DNA from: Gemmatales bacterium
Lineage (GTDB): Bacteria > Planctomycetota > Planctomycetia > Gemmatales > HRBIN36
Direction of reading: 5' to 3'
Assembly: GCA_039809045.1 (NCBI GenBank)
Contig: JBDHUG010000011.1
Location: forward strand, 16,556-80,555
DNA length: 64,000 nucleotides
This document shows, piece by piece, positions 41,024 through 50,743 of this stretch. The position numbers were made by a program, and so were the translations under genes. How positions within the stretch are numbered: the first letter of the stretch is position 1; each line of letters opens with the position of its first letter. The notes beneath the pieces are model-generated. The model did not search any database. It worked only from the letters and a program-made list of their open reading frames with translations, and had not been told where the DNA came from.

Positions 41024-42553
41024 ATGTCCGTTCGTTCGCCAATGCAAGCGATCCCCAGGTTGGCTGTCGTGACTTGGCTCTGTTGCTTTGGCTTTCTGCA
41101 TGCACATGCCGAGCAACCACCGCATGAATTTTGGCTGCAATTACTCGACAGTGAAGTTCCCAGTGTTCGTTTAGCAGGCGTTGTGCAAATCATTCAATGG
41201 GCTGGTTCGGAACTGACACCCGATGAACGAATGCAAGGGACCCGGTTGCTCTCCAAACTTGCTACCTTGACCAATGATGCGAACCGAGATGTCCGCCTGG
41301 CCAGCGTCCGTGCCTTGGGGCGCATGGGCATTGATGGTGTAACGATCGTTCCCTGTTTCCGCAAGGCGATGGAAAGCCCGGATTTAGAAATGAGGCAAAC
41401 GACAACGGATGCCCTTTTACGATATCTCATGGAAAATGCTCGGCTCACGCAACAATCGGTAGGTAATCTTCGACCCCGGTTAATGTCCCTTTTCATGCAA
41501 GACGCCGCTTTGTTTGCGCCCTTAATCGCGATGGGACTGCGCGATGTTGATGCATCGGTGCGTTGGTCTGCCATGTCCGGCTTGGAAAACGCTTTGCAAC
41601 GAACACTCACCTTGTTCCCAAGTCACACACGCAATCCGACAATGGTCTTTTCAAATAAAGAGACCAGACAGAAGCTGTTTCTGTGGGTGCAAAGTTGGTC
41701 CGAACTCAGCCGTGATTTGATTCCTCGCGTCAAACACGGTAAGGAAGCGGAACGGCTTTTAGCTGCGCGTACGCTCGAGATTCTTATCGATTGGACCATG
41801 GACTTTGATCGAGAATACCAGGCTGCTGGCTTACAAGGACATGAAAAACAGGAATGGATGGCGCACCTTCGAGCTATCCAAGAACAATTACCTGATTTGG
41901 TTGACGGGTTACCCTCAGACCCGATACGTATCCAGTTAGGCGTTTTGGCTGTATTGGAAGCATTCAATCAATATTCACATGGCGTCCGTGGCCAAGTACA
42001 ACCGTTCTTAAAGAGTCAACAACGCTTCGTGCGCTGGTCGGCTTTGCGCGTCGTTTCCAAATGGGGTGCACCTAGACAAGGCGATGAATGGCAACGCGTG
42101 GTCCAACTTTTAGAGGATGCCGATCAGGATGTGCGTCAAGCTGCCTCCAAGACATTGCTCGCCTGGGTTGCGGATCAAGAAGCAGCGACCGTTGGGCCAG
42201 CATTTGTCATGAAAGGCGAAGCTATGCATGGCAATATGGAAGCGTCCATGCTGCTTATTATTCATCCCTTAATGCGAATTGTCAGCAACGCTGAACCAGA
42301 ACAACAGGAAGCCGCCCTTGCCACGCTGGGCTGGCTAGGCCGCGATGCTTATCCTGCTCTTCACGTCTGCTTGCGGGCCATGCAAACGGCTGACCCACGC
42401 ATTCGTCGACTGGTCCCCGACGTTTTGATGAAAATTGCACCCAGAGATCAAGAAACTGGTAAAGCGCTGGAGGCCGCGCTGCTGGATCCGGATGACCAAG
42501 TCAAAACAGCTGCTGCTCAAGCATTGTTGCGCTGGCGCGACCGGCAGAGATAG
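41024..42553 (+). CDS. Exported HEAT-repeat protein
   Basis: Signal peptide ending AHA; repeated D..VR..A...L units. Confidence 0.75.
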   Translation: MSVRSPMQAIPRLAVVTWLCCFGFLHAHAEQPPHEFWLQLLDSEVPSVRLAGVVQIIQWAGSELTPDERMQGTRLLSKLATLTNDANRDVRLASVRALGRMGIDGVTIVPCFRKAMESPDLEMRQTTTDALLRYLMENARLTQQSVGNLRPRLMSLFMQDAALFAPLIAMGLRDVDASVRWSAMSGLENALQRTLTLFPSHTRNPTMVFSNKETRQKLFLWVQSWSELSRDLIPRVKHGKEAERLLAARTLEILIDWTMDFDREYQAAGLQGHEKQEWMAHLRAIQEQLPDLVDGLPSDPIRIQLGVLAVLEAFNQYSHGVRGQVQPFLKSQQRFVRWSALRVVSKWGAPRQGDEWQRVVQLLEDADQDVRQAASKTLLAWVADQEAATVGPAFVMKGEAMHGNMEASMLLIIHPLMRIVSNAEPEQQEAALATLGWLGRDAYPALHVCLRAMQTADPRIRRLVPDVLMKIAPRDQETGKALEAALLDPDDQVKTAAAQALLRWRDRQR

Positions 42554-42670
42554 GTTGCCAGGCGTCGCAACTCCTCCGCAATGGCCGCTCAACAACGAGA
42601 CGATGCCAGCTAGCCAGACTCTGGCGACAAGTGTTAATGCAATGATGAGTTTAGTTGTTTTGAGCTTTCA

Positions 42671-43303
42671 TTACAGCCATTGATCAGCCAGGCTGGCCAC
42701 GCCAATACGACAACCAAACTGTTGATGCTCTTCTTCGAAATGCGGATGCGTACAGTGAATGTGCTCGGCTTCGGTGATGATGCGCAATTGATCATCACGT
42801 TCGATGCCATGTTGATGCAGTACCCTTTCAAAGACGTGTAAACGGGGTGCATACACGTAGATCAGTTTGTGCTCGTCAAAATGCACTTCAATTCGCCGAT
42901 TCTCGTTCAAAACAGCCATGCCGGTGCAGCCATCATTCAATAGCAATTCTTCGAAATCCCAACAATGACTGATCAAGATCGGCAAATCGATGCCTTCTCG
43001 CTCAGCTTCCTGCACGCTATTGCCATCGTCTTGCTCATGGCTGGATTCCAAAATGACATCCACCATGGGGCCTAGTGGCTCGAGCAAATCCACAAACACT
43101 TCAAGCAGCTTTTCGCGGCTTATCGCAGCAGTAAGGACAGGCAGCTTTTTATCCTGCCCATCGTTCGTATGCGTTTGTATGCGATAAGCTTGCCGGGGGC
43201 TAATCCCACGGTTAAGGCCTGGCCGTACGGCCTCGGTCAAACGAAATGAACCAAATCGATCCCGGGCAAGGTGGCGTGACATCTGGTTGACATCCTTGAC
43301 CAC
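42671..43303 (-). CDS. Conserved hypothetical protein
   Basis: AAGGGAG RBS with GTG start; motifs VILESSH, LLLNDGCTG, FDEHKL and EAEHIH. Confidence 0.7.
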   Translation of the reverse strand: MVKDVNQMSRHLARDRFGSFRLTEAVRPGLNRGISPRQAYRIQTHTNDGQDKKLPVLTAAISREKLLEVFVDLLEPLGPMVDVILESSHEQDDGNSVQEAEREGIDLPILISHCWDFEELLLNDGCTGMAVLNENRRIEVHFDEHKLIYVYAPRLHVFERVLHQHGIERDDQLRIITEAEHIHCTHPHFEEEHQQFGCRIGVASLADQWL

Positions 43304-43657
43304 AATGTACTCCCTTAAAAGTAAACGTCTTTTTGACGTAACTTACATCAGTATACCGCGGCCGATGTCGCTCTTGTAGCTGTACAGAGTAATTCGCCTT
43401 TTTACGGCATGTTAAGATAGGGAATTTCATCGATCTAAAGGCTGTATTTGACAGGCTGATACCGCGAGTATCTATGGAATGGAATATGACCAAGATTCCA
43501 ATGGCTCCTTTGGTCAATGCATTCCATACATTCCATACGTTCGCTAATACGATGACTTTAAAAAAGACAAATGTGCTTGCATTTTCAGCAAGAGCCAGTG
43601 TAAGCGGTTATCCTGGAGCATGGATGTGATTGACCGTCGACACGGAGGGTCCAGATT

Positions 43658-45244
43658 ATGTCGTCTATTTCCCTAAAAGGGAGCCTATACCAAACCAGTT
43701 GTGCACTGCTGGTTTGTGTTGGATCAATTTTATCCCTTAACGCGGCACCGCCCTCTTCCCCAACATCCACTCCGCCTCATAACACCAAAGAACAGCCATT
43801 GCTGAAGGACATTTGGGAGGCTGTATATCTCGATGGACATCATGTTGGCCATCAACATCGCACATTTCGTGAAATCAAAATCAACAATCAAGTGTTAGTG
43901 GAAAGCACCATCGAGCTGGATATGTCATTTCAACGCAATCGCCAACCCGTGCGATTGCATACGATTCACGCCACTCACGAAAGCCCGAGCGGCAAATTGC
44001 GGTCATTTATTTTGCAGGAAGGAGTCGGATCATCACAGCGTCTTTATCGGAAGGGACGCGTGGATGGCCAACATTTGATTTGGACGACGCAAATGGGATC
44101 ACGCGCACCTTCTGAAAAAAAACTGCCTTGGAAAGAGCAAGCCTTGGGTTTGTATGCCCAGGAAGCCGTACTGTCCCAACGCAAGCAAAACGACAAGCAG
44201 TTTCTCATTCATCGATTTGAGCCTGTTTTCGACACGATTCTGCCTGTGAAGATCACCATTCTACAACCCGAGGAAACCCAGCTCCTGCAAAGTGAAAAGA
44301 AAAAGTTAGTGAAGACTGAATGGCAGCTGGAAGGTGTAACCGAGCAGGATGCACCACCCGAATGGGTATGGATCAATGAACAGGGGGAATGCCTGAAACG
44401 CCAAATACGTTTGTCGCTGTTAGGGGAAATGATCTGTTATCGGACCACCGAACCAATAGCTAAGCGATCCACAGGCCTTGCTCAATTGGATATAGGACGC
44501 AACACATCTTTCCCATTGGAACGGGCTTTGCCCCAGCCCCAAAGGTTAACAACCGCGACCTACCGGGCCACGTTGATTGGCTTTGACGATATCAGCAAAG
44601 CTTTCCCAAGTGATTCATTTCAAACGGTCCGCTCGATAGGCGAACAGCAGGTGGAAATTCGGGTCATGGGATGGCAACGCCCGATGGCCAAAACCGTGTT
44701 TGGATCAACCGAGCCACTCGCTCCGCCACGCGAGTATTTGACAAGCAATGATTGGTTAACAGCCGATCATGCGCTTGTCAAGCAACTGACCCAACAAGCA
44801 GTTGGCCTGGAACGCGATGCATGGCAAAAAGCGCTTCGGATTGAGCGGTGGGTTCAGCGCAACATGCAAGGTTTTCAAACAACGGAAGGATTTGCCACGG
44901 CGGCCGAGGTTGCCCAAAAACTCTCAGGAGACTGTAAGGGCCATGCAGTTTTGGCTGCTGCGATGTGTCGAGCCGCAGGCGTGCCCAGCCGCATCGCGAT
45001 TGGCTTGGTCTATGTGCCACGTGAAAAAGCCATGGGGTTTCATATGTGGTTAGAAGTTTGGATTGAGGGTCAATGGATCGGCTTGGATCCCACCCAGGGA
45101 CTTGGCGGGGTCGGAGCGGACCACATTAAAATAACGGATCACCACCTCAATGACCAAAGTTCCTTCGCTCCGATGATGTCTGTAGCACGACTGGTCGGTA
45201 AAATGCAATTAGAAGTAATATCGGTAGGCCAAGAGGGTCGATGA
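43658..45244 (+). CDS. Exported transglutaminase-like domain protein
   Basis: Signal peptide; catalytic triad GDCKGHA / FHMWLEV / LDPT. Confidence 0.85.
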   Translation: MSSISLKGSLYQTSCALLVCVGSILSLNAAPPSSPTSTPPHNTKEQPLLKDIWEAVYLDGHHVGHQHRTFREIKINNQVLVESTIELDMSFQRNRQPVRLHTIHATHESPSGKLRSFILQEGVGSSQRLYRKGRVDGQHLIWTTQMGSRAPSEKKLPWKEQALGLYAQEAVLSQRKQNDKQFLIHRFEPVFDTILPVKITILQPEETQLLQSEKKKLVKTEWQLEGVTEQDAPPEWVWINEQGECLKRQIRLSLLGEMICYRTTEPIAKRSTGLAQLDIGRNTSFPLERALPQPQRLTTATYRATLIGFDDISKAFPSDSFQTVRSIGEQQVEIRVMGWQRPMAKTVFGSTEPLAPPREYLTSNDWLTADHALVKQLTQQAVGLERDAWQKALRIERWVQRNMQGFQTTEGFATAAEVAQKLSGDCKGHAVLAAAMCRAAGVPSRIAIGLVYVPREKAMGFHMWLEVWIEGQWIGLDPTQGLGGVGADHIKITDHHLNDQSSFAPMMSVARLVGKMQLEVISVGQEGR

Positions 45245-45385
45245 CGATCCATTTCTGTGCGACCATGGCGAACAAGCCACGCGTGATACGCAGTCTGGTA
45301 GATTGTGCCTAACTACTGGCTGTGTCATCAGGGGCCATGACATGGCGCATGTCAGCTTCGAAATGCCCAACGCTCAGGGGGACTT

Positions 45386-47350
45386 GTGTTTCGAATCGCC
45401 TTCGCCCGTGCGTTACAGTATCTCCAATACGATGCTCGTGCTGTTTGGAACACGAGATTCTCATCTTTCGCTATGGCCATCCTGTTCGTCGTGATCTTAG
45501 GCCTGATCGGTCTTGTCATTGACCTCCTCGCCTACCAAGGTGTCCTACCGCCCGGCATGGAAACACAAGCGAAACTTTGGGCCGAAAAGTGGCTGCCTGC
45601 AGAAAGCCAAGCAACTTTTCTACAACAGCACGATCAAGGGTTTGGATTAGCAGCCTTAGCCATCCGCAGCCAAGGATATTGGTATGCCGACATCATTTCA
45701 CAAATGGCATCCATCCCAGGCTGGACCCATTCCAATGCATCTTATCTCACGGGATTGACAGTTTTATTATTACTCACGGCCGTGTTGTACGCGGCGTTAC
45801 GATTTAACCTGCTGTACGCTGCTGCCAAAGCGACCTTAACAGCAACGCAACGATTACGACGTTCCTTGTATCAGCACAACTTGCGCCTGGGCCGGATGAC
45901 TCTGCCTGGCATCAGTAGCGGTGATGCCATGCAAACGTTTTCGCATGACCTGGAAACCGTGCAAGAAGCACTCTACCGCTGGTTGACGGTCACCGTGGTT
46001 GAACCCGCTCGCTTATTGTTAGCCTTTGGATTTGTGTTGATGCTCGATTGCAGCCATGGTTTCCCATGGTTGACGATGACCTTGACATCCTTGGCCATAT
46101 TCCTTTGGCTGATGGCTCGTGAACTGGCGCATGCCCTCAGGCGTAAGGAACGTCAACAAGCAAGCCTGGCTGCGGATGAAATGGCCTCCATGCAAGAAGC
46201 ATTGCAAATGACGCGGTTAATCAAGGCGTTTGGCATGGATCGCTTCCAACAACGACGCATGGAACGCTTCCTTGGCCAATACCAACGTCACATGATGGGC
46301 AGGTACAAGTTAAGAGCCTGGTATCAAGTCGGCTTAACATTGCTCATTGGCGCATCAGGTTGCATTCTGGCCTATGCCATTGGCTGGAATCTATTGAACG
46401 GCTCCCTGTCGTGGCCACAAGTCGCGACGATGATTCTTGCTTTTGTCAGCATGTACCTACCCATCCAAAGGTTGATTCATCGCCAGCAAAAGATTCACGT
46501 GGCAGAACGTGCAGCGGTCACCATTTTTAAGTTTTTGGATTCGGAAGGTGACGTACGCCAAGTGGTTGGCGCAGAGTTCCTGCCGCCCATGACGACCGCT
46601 CTCGAGTTCAATCAGGTTAGCTTGCTCGTGCCTGGCCGAGACAAGCCCGTCTTGGATCAAATCACTTTGCGCATACCCGCAGGCGAACGGTGGGCGATCA
46701 TCGGGCAAGATGAAGTGGGTAAACATGCCCTAGCCTACCTGATTCCGCGTTTTTTGGACCCCACCTCAGGCGAAATTCGCATTGATGGCCATCGTCTGCC
46801 ATGGGTCAGCTTGGAGAGCTTGCGCTCGCAGATCGGTATTGTGATGCAGTCCGATTTAACATTTAACGATACCGTGCTCGCCAACATTGGCTGCGGTGAT
46901 GCCAGCTTTACCTTACCGCAAATCATCGAGGCTGCGAAAGAAGCCCACGCCCATCAGTTCATCAGCACCTTGCCCAATGGCTACGAAACGGTCATCGGCG
47001 ATTGGGGTCACCCCTTAACATTGGGTGAGCAGTATCGTATCGCATTGGCGCGCATCATCCTGCGCGACCCTGCCCTGGTGATTATCGAAGAACCACCTTC
47101 CTCCAGCCTGGATGAGGCTACGAAGCAGTTGCTTGACGATTCCATGTCGCGATTTCTGGAGAAACGAACAGCCCTTTTCCTGGCCCACAGGGTTTCGACG
47201 ATTCGCTCAGCGGATCGGCTTGTTTTGCTGCACCAGGGTCAACTCGAAGCCATGGGACATCATGACGATTTGATCGAAATTAGCGAACGTTACCGCCATC
47301 TCCTGTACATGGAATACCATCTCTTTGCAGGTCAGAGCCAAGAGGATTGA
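45386..47350 (+). CDS. Type IV ABC exporter half-transporter (TMD+NBD) with degenerate NBD motifs
   Basis: TMD helices; LRSQIGIVMQ, LPNGYET, RIALAR and AHR present, but Walker A reads GQDEVGKH, signature LTLGE, Walker B IIEE. Confidence 0.85.
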   Translation: MFRIAFARALQYLQYDARAVWNTRFSSFAMAILFVVILGLIGLVIDLLAYQGVLPPGMETQAKLWAEKWLPAESQATFLQQHDQGFGLAALAIRSQGYWYADIISQMASIPGWTHSNASYLTGLTVLLLLTAVLYAALRFNLLYAAAKATLTATQRLRRSLYQHNLRLGRMTLPGISSGDAMQTFSHDLETVQEALYRWLTVTVVEPARLLLAFGFVLMLDCSHGFPWLTMTLTSLAIFLWLMARELAHALRRKERQQASLAADEMASMQEALQMTRLIKAFGMDRFQQRRMERFLGQYQRHMMGRYKLRAWYQVGLTLLIGASGCILAYAIGWNLLNGSLSWPQVATMILAFVSMYLPIQRLIHRQQKIHVAERAAVTIFKFLDSEGDVRQVVGAEFLPPMTTALEFNQVSLLVPGRDKPVLDQITLRIPAGERWAIIGQDEVGKHALAYLIPRFLDPTSGEIRIDGHRLPWVSLESLRSQIGIVMQSDLTFNDTVLANIGCGDASFTLPQIIEAAKEAHAHQFISTLPNGYETVIGDWGHPLTLGEQYRIALARIILRDPALVIIEEPPSSSLDEATKQLLDDSMSRFLEKRTALFLAHRVSTIRSADRLVLLHQGQLEAMGHHDDLIEISERYRHLLYMEYHLFAGQSQED

Positions 47351-47393
47351 CATCCACCTGGCTCCGTTAGGCGAACGAAATGACATTCATAAA

Positions 47394-48587
47394 ATGGCTA
47401 CCATGCCACATCCTTTAACCATCTACCGTGCTCGACACTACGTCACTCAGGCATGGATCGATGTTCATGTCAGAAACAAGCAAATTGTAGCGGTCCAACC
47501 TGCTCATGAGGAAGCATGCGCCGAACAAGCGGACTGGATTACTCCCACTTTTTTCGACGTGCAAATCAATGGTGGTGGCGGCGTCGGCTTTACTTCGTTG
47601 CAGTTAAACTTCGAACGTATTCGCTGGGTCGTGCTACTCAATCAAAGTCATGGAATTGGCGCCTTTGCTCCAACCGTGGTTACAAATTCCTTTGCCGTCA
47701 TGCAGCACAGCTTTGAACAATTGGCCCAGGCATGCCATGAGGATTCAAGCTTAGCCAAAGCCATGCCGGTTTTTCACATGGAAGGCCCGTACATTTCACC
47801 CGAAAATGGGCCTCGTGGGGCTCACCCATTGGCCTATGTCCGTCTGCCAGATGAAACAGAATATCAAAAGCTGCAGGAAGCCGCTCATGGCAGAATTCGC
47901 TTGTTAACCATGGCTCCCGAACTGCAAGGCGCAATACCCTTTATTGAACGTCGAGTTCGCGAAGGCCTAATTGTGTCCATTGGCCATTCTGCAGCGGAAC
48001 CCGCCGTGATACGCGCTGCCGTGCAGGCAGGAGCTCGGCTCAGTACTCACTTAGGCAATGGCTGCCATCGCTTACTGCCCAGGCACCCCAATTTGCTGTG
48101 GGAACAATTGGCTGCTGATGACTTGACGGCCAGTTTGATTACTGATGGCCACCATTTACCTTGGTCGATCATTCAATGCTTCATACGGATGAAAACGCCC
48201 AAACGCATCATTATTACATGCGACGTGAGTGAAATGGGCGGGTTGCCTCCTGGTCGGTATGGGCAATGGGATCAGGAAATTGAAGTATTGCCTGAAGGAA
48301 AGATAGTTTTATGCGATCAGGGTGTGCTGGCAGGATCCTGGTCGTTTACAGATACCTGCGTGAGTCGATTAGTCGCGACGGGTATCGTTAACATGGCCGC
48401 AGCGATGGCCATGGCTTCGCAGCAACCTCGACAACTATTGAACTTACCCATTCCGACATTGGCAGCCGGCGAACCTGCGGACTTTATCCTGTGGTCCGGT
48501 CAAACCAATGAGCCGCTTCGATTGCAGTCAACCTTTATTGATGGCCGTCGCATAACCCCTGCGCCAACTTGCGCATGGGGCGACTAA
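47394..48587 (+). CDS. nagA: N-acetylglucosamine-6-phosphate deacetylase
   Basis: DVQING, HMEGPYIS, GAH, TMAPE, GHS, THLGNG, DGHH, LAGS. Confidence 0.88.
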   Translation: MATMPHPLTIYRARHYVTQAWIDVHVRNKQIVAVQPAHEEACAEQADWITPTFFDVQINGGGGVGFTSLQLNFERIRWVVLLNQSHGIGAFAPTVVTNSFAVMQHSFEQLAQACHEDSSLAKAMPVFHMEGPYISPENGPRGAHPLAYVRLPDETEYQKLQEAAHGRIRLLTMAPELQGAIPFIERRVREGLIVSIGHSAAEPAVIRAAVQAGARLSTHLGNGCHRLLPRHPNLLWEQLAADDLTASLITDGHHLPWSIIQCFIRMKTPKRIIITCDVSEMGGLPPGRYGQWDQEIEVLPEGKIVLCDQGVLAGSWSFTDTCVSRLVATGIVNMAAAMAMASQQPRQLLNLPIPTLAAGEPADFILWSGQTNEPLRLQSTFIDGRRITPAPTCAWGD

Positions 48588-49644
48588 ACGGTAAACCAGA
48601 CAACTTGGAAACCGGCAGCCATCGATGATCCTGATATAATTTGGAAACAAAACGGCCTTTGACTCCTTGTCCCCGCCAAACGTTGAAGGTTAGCACAAAT
48701 CGAGTGATGACATGTCGCAATTGATCGGCTGGTTGCCAATCGCTAACTTGAATCCCAGTTAACTCTTTGAATTGCCTCGTTATTTCAATCTGGTTGGGAA
48801 CTTTGTCCTGCTGACGATCCCACTGTGGGAATTCCCACAGATTGGCCCAACGCCCTTTGGCTGGTCGTTGTACGACGAGAACTTTGTCGGCCCGCCCAAT
48901 AATGGCCACATCAATTGCACATGCAGTAAACCGAACGCGAGGCGAAGCCTTGGGTATTTGCTTTTGAATACCAAGTTGGCGTGCAGCACATTCTCGGGAT
49001 ATGGGACAGAGCAAACAGGATGGTTGTTTTAATGTGCAAATGCGTTGACCAAGTTCCATCAATGCTTGATTGAACGCACCAACGTTTTTGTTCGGCAGTA
49101 TTTTTTCGGCAACCGACCAAAGCCACGTTTGGGCTGCAGGCGACTTGATGGGTGCCTGGCATGCGCAATAACGCGTTAAAACACGGGCAACATTGCCGTC
49201 AAGAATGGGCAAGCGTAGATCGAAGGCTTGCGATAACACCGCTCCCAATGTATAGCGTCCGACACCCGGCAATTCTGCGAATCGATCCGGCTCGTTTGGA
49301 ATTCTTCCTTGATGCTGGACCATGATCCGTTGTGCAGCGGCATGCAATTGATGAGCACGTCGATAATAACCTAATCCTTCCCACAATTGCAGCACCCGCT
49401 CTAAGGGAGCATGGGCTAATGCGGTCACGGTTGGAAAAGCAGCTAAGAATCGTTCGTAATAGGGGATCACTGTCCGAATCTGGGTTTGTTGAAGCATCAC
49501 CTCACTAACCCAAATTGCGTAGGGATCACGCGATGCGCGCCAAGGCAAAGGAAGCGCATAACGACGAAACCAGGAAAGCAAACCGCGACGAAGAAGTTTA
49601 ATTCTCGTCGCGGTAAGAGTAGCTGGAAATTGTCGATCGACCAT
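48535..49644 (-). CDS. mutY: A/G-specific adenine glycosylase MutY
   Basis: WVSEVMLQQT, WEGLGYYRRA, LPGVGRYT, DGNVARV, NQALMELG plus 4Fe-4S Cys motif, Nudix-like C-terminus. Confidence 0.95.
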   Translation of the reverse strand: MVDRQFPATLTATRIKLLRRGLLSWFRRYALPLPWRASRDPYAIWVSEVMLQQTQIRTVIPYYERFLAAFPTVTALAHAPLERVLQLWEGLGYYRRAHQLHAAAQRIMVQHQGRIPNEPDRFAELPGVGRYTLGAVLSQAFDLRLPILDGNVARVLTRYCACQAPIKSPAAQTWLWSVAEKILPNKNVGAFNQALMELGQRICTLKQPSCLLCPISRECAARQLGIQKQIPKASPRVRFTACAIDVAIIGRADKVLVVQRPAKGRWANLWEFPQWDRQQDKVPNQIEITRQFKELTGIQVSDWQPADQLRHVITRFVLTFNVWRGQGVKGRFVSKLYQDHRWLPVSKLSGLPFSRPMRKLAQGLCDGHQ

Positions 49645-49662
49645 AGAGGCTTATAGCAAAAA

Positions 49663-50385
49663 TCAAGTTCGAGGCCGACGCATGTATTTTTCTAAAATGG
49701 CTTTTGCAGCGTCCGAAGTTGCTCGACTGTCAGATACTTTTTGTTTCACTTTGGTATCGGGTTTGGCATCACTCGCTTTGGCGTCTTCCTCAGGTTCAGC
49801 ATCTTCGGTGTTTGTTTGCGTCGCTTGATCTGCAATGGGCTGCATGATAGTGGTGCCAGAAGGTATCTCATTTGACCGAGTACTATCATCACCTTCAAGG
49901 TTAAAAAGCAGCTCAGCAATGTCGTCTTCTTCAGAGCCGCCGCCAGCATTTGCTGGAGTGGTAGGCAGTTTCTTCAGGGCTGGGTTACTTCCAGATCCAG
50001 TTGTGGTTAATTTTTTTTGTGTGTTCGTATCAGATAAAGTCGCGTTCAGTTTATCAGAAACTGTGTCAGAATTGGATGGAGAAGTGGGGGTCGGGACGAG
50101 TTTGACTCGAAAACAAAGCGGCCCCAATTTAAGCTCATCACCATCCCTGATTTCTGCTTCTCCCTTGACTTGAACCTGGTTAATGAGTGTTCCATTGGTA
50201 CTGCCGAAATCGCGGACATAAGCTTGCTCACCGCGAATGCAAATGGCACAATGCCGCTTACTTACCAGCGGACTGGCCGGGCGTAGTTGACAATCTGGAT
50301 CTCGACCAATCAAAAAATGCGCTTGTCGGATCGGGATTTCCTTTCCAGCCGGATTCCCTTGTGAAACCACCAAGCTCAACTTCAT
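49663..50385 (-). CDS. FHA-domain protein with an acidic disordered tail
   Basis: IGRDPDC, VSKRHC, DFGSTNGT. Confidence 0.9.
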   Translation of the reverse strand: MKLSLVVSQGNPAGKEIPIRQAHFLIGRDPDCQLRPASPLVSKRHCAICIRGEQAYVRDFGSTNGTLINQVQVKGEAEIRDGDELKLGPLCFRVKLVPTPTSPSNSDTVSDKLNATLSDTNTQKKLTTTGSGSNPALKKLPTTPANAGGGSEEDDIAELLFNLEGDDSTRSNEIPSGTTIMQPIADQATQTNTEDAEPEEDAKASDAKPDTKVKQKVSDSRATSDAAKAILEKYMRRPRT

Positions 50386-50743
50386 GAGTATTCCATGCTC
50401 CTTTGATGAATGTGACTTGCTCTGGAGCTGCTTCTTAATTCAGACACCATGAGTCATGCCTGAATCCAACACGTCCATGTGCCTATGAAACGAACACATT
50501 GCCCTCAGCGGGCAAACTCCATGAAACAAAACTTCAATACTCACGATACCTTAACTTGAAGCTCATCTCAAGTGCAAGGATAAATTTCTTTTCTTTTCAA
50601 ATGTCGCCGCATGAATGGTAATCCGTAATCTTTCCATAAAGATCACCGAATCAACACGAGCCAATGAGCAACGCTTTGCTATCGGTTTGGTTTGGACTCG
50701 ACCATTCACTTGCAACTTCAAGAATTCATAAAGGTGGCACCTC

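Noticed and set aside
48535-48587. 53-bp convergent overlap of the nagA and mutY 3' ends
   Set aside because: Short tail-to-tail overlaps are common, and both genes look complete
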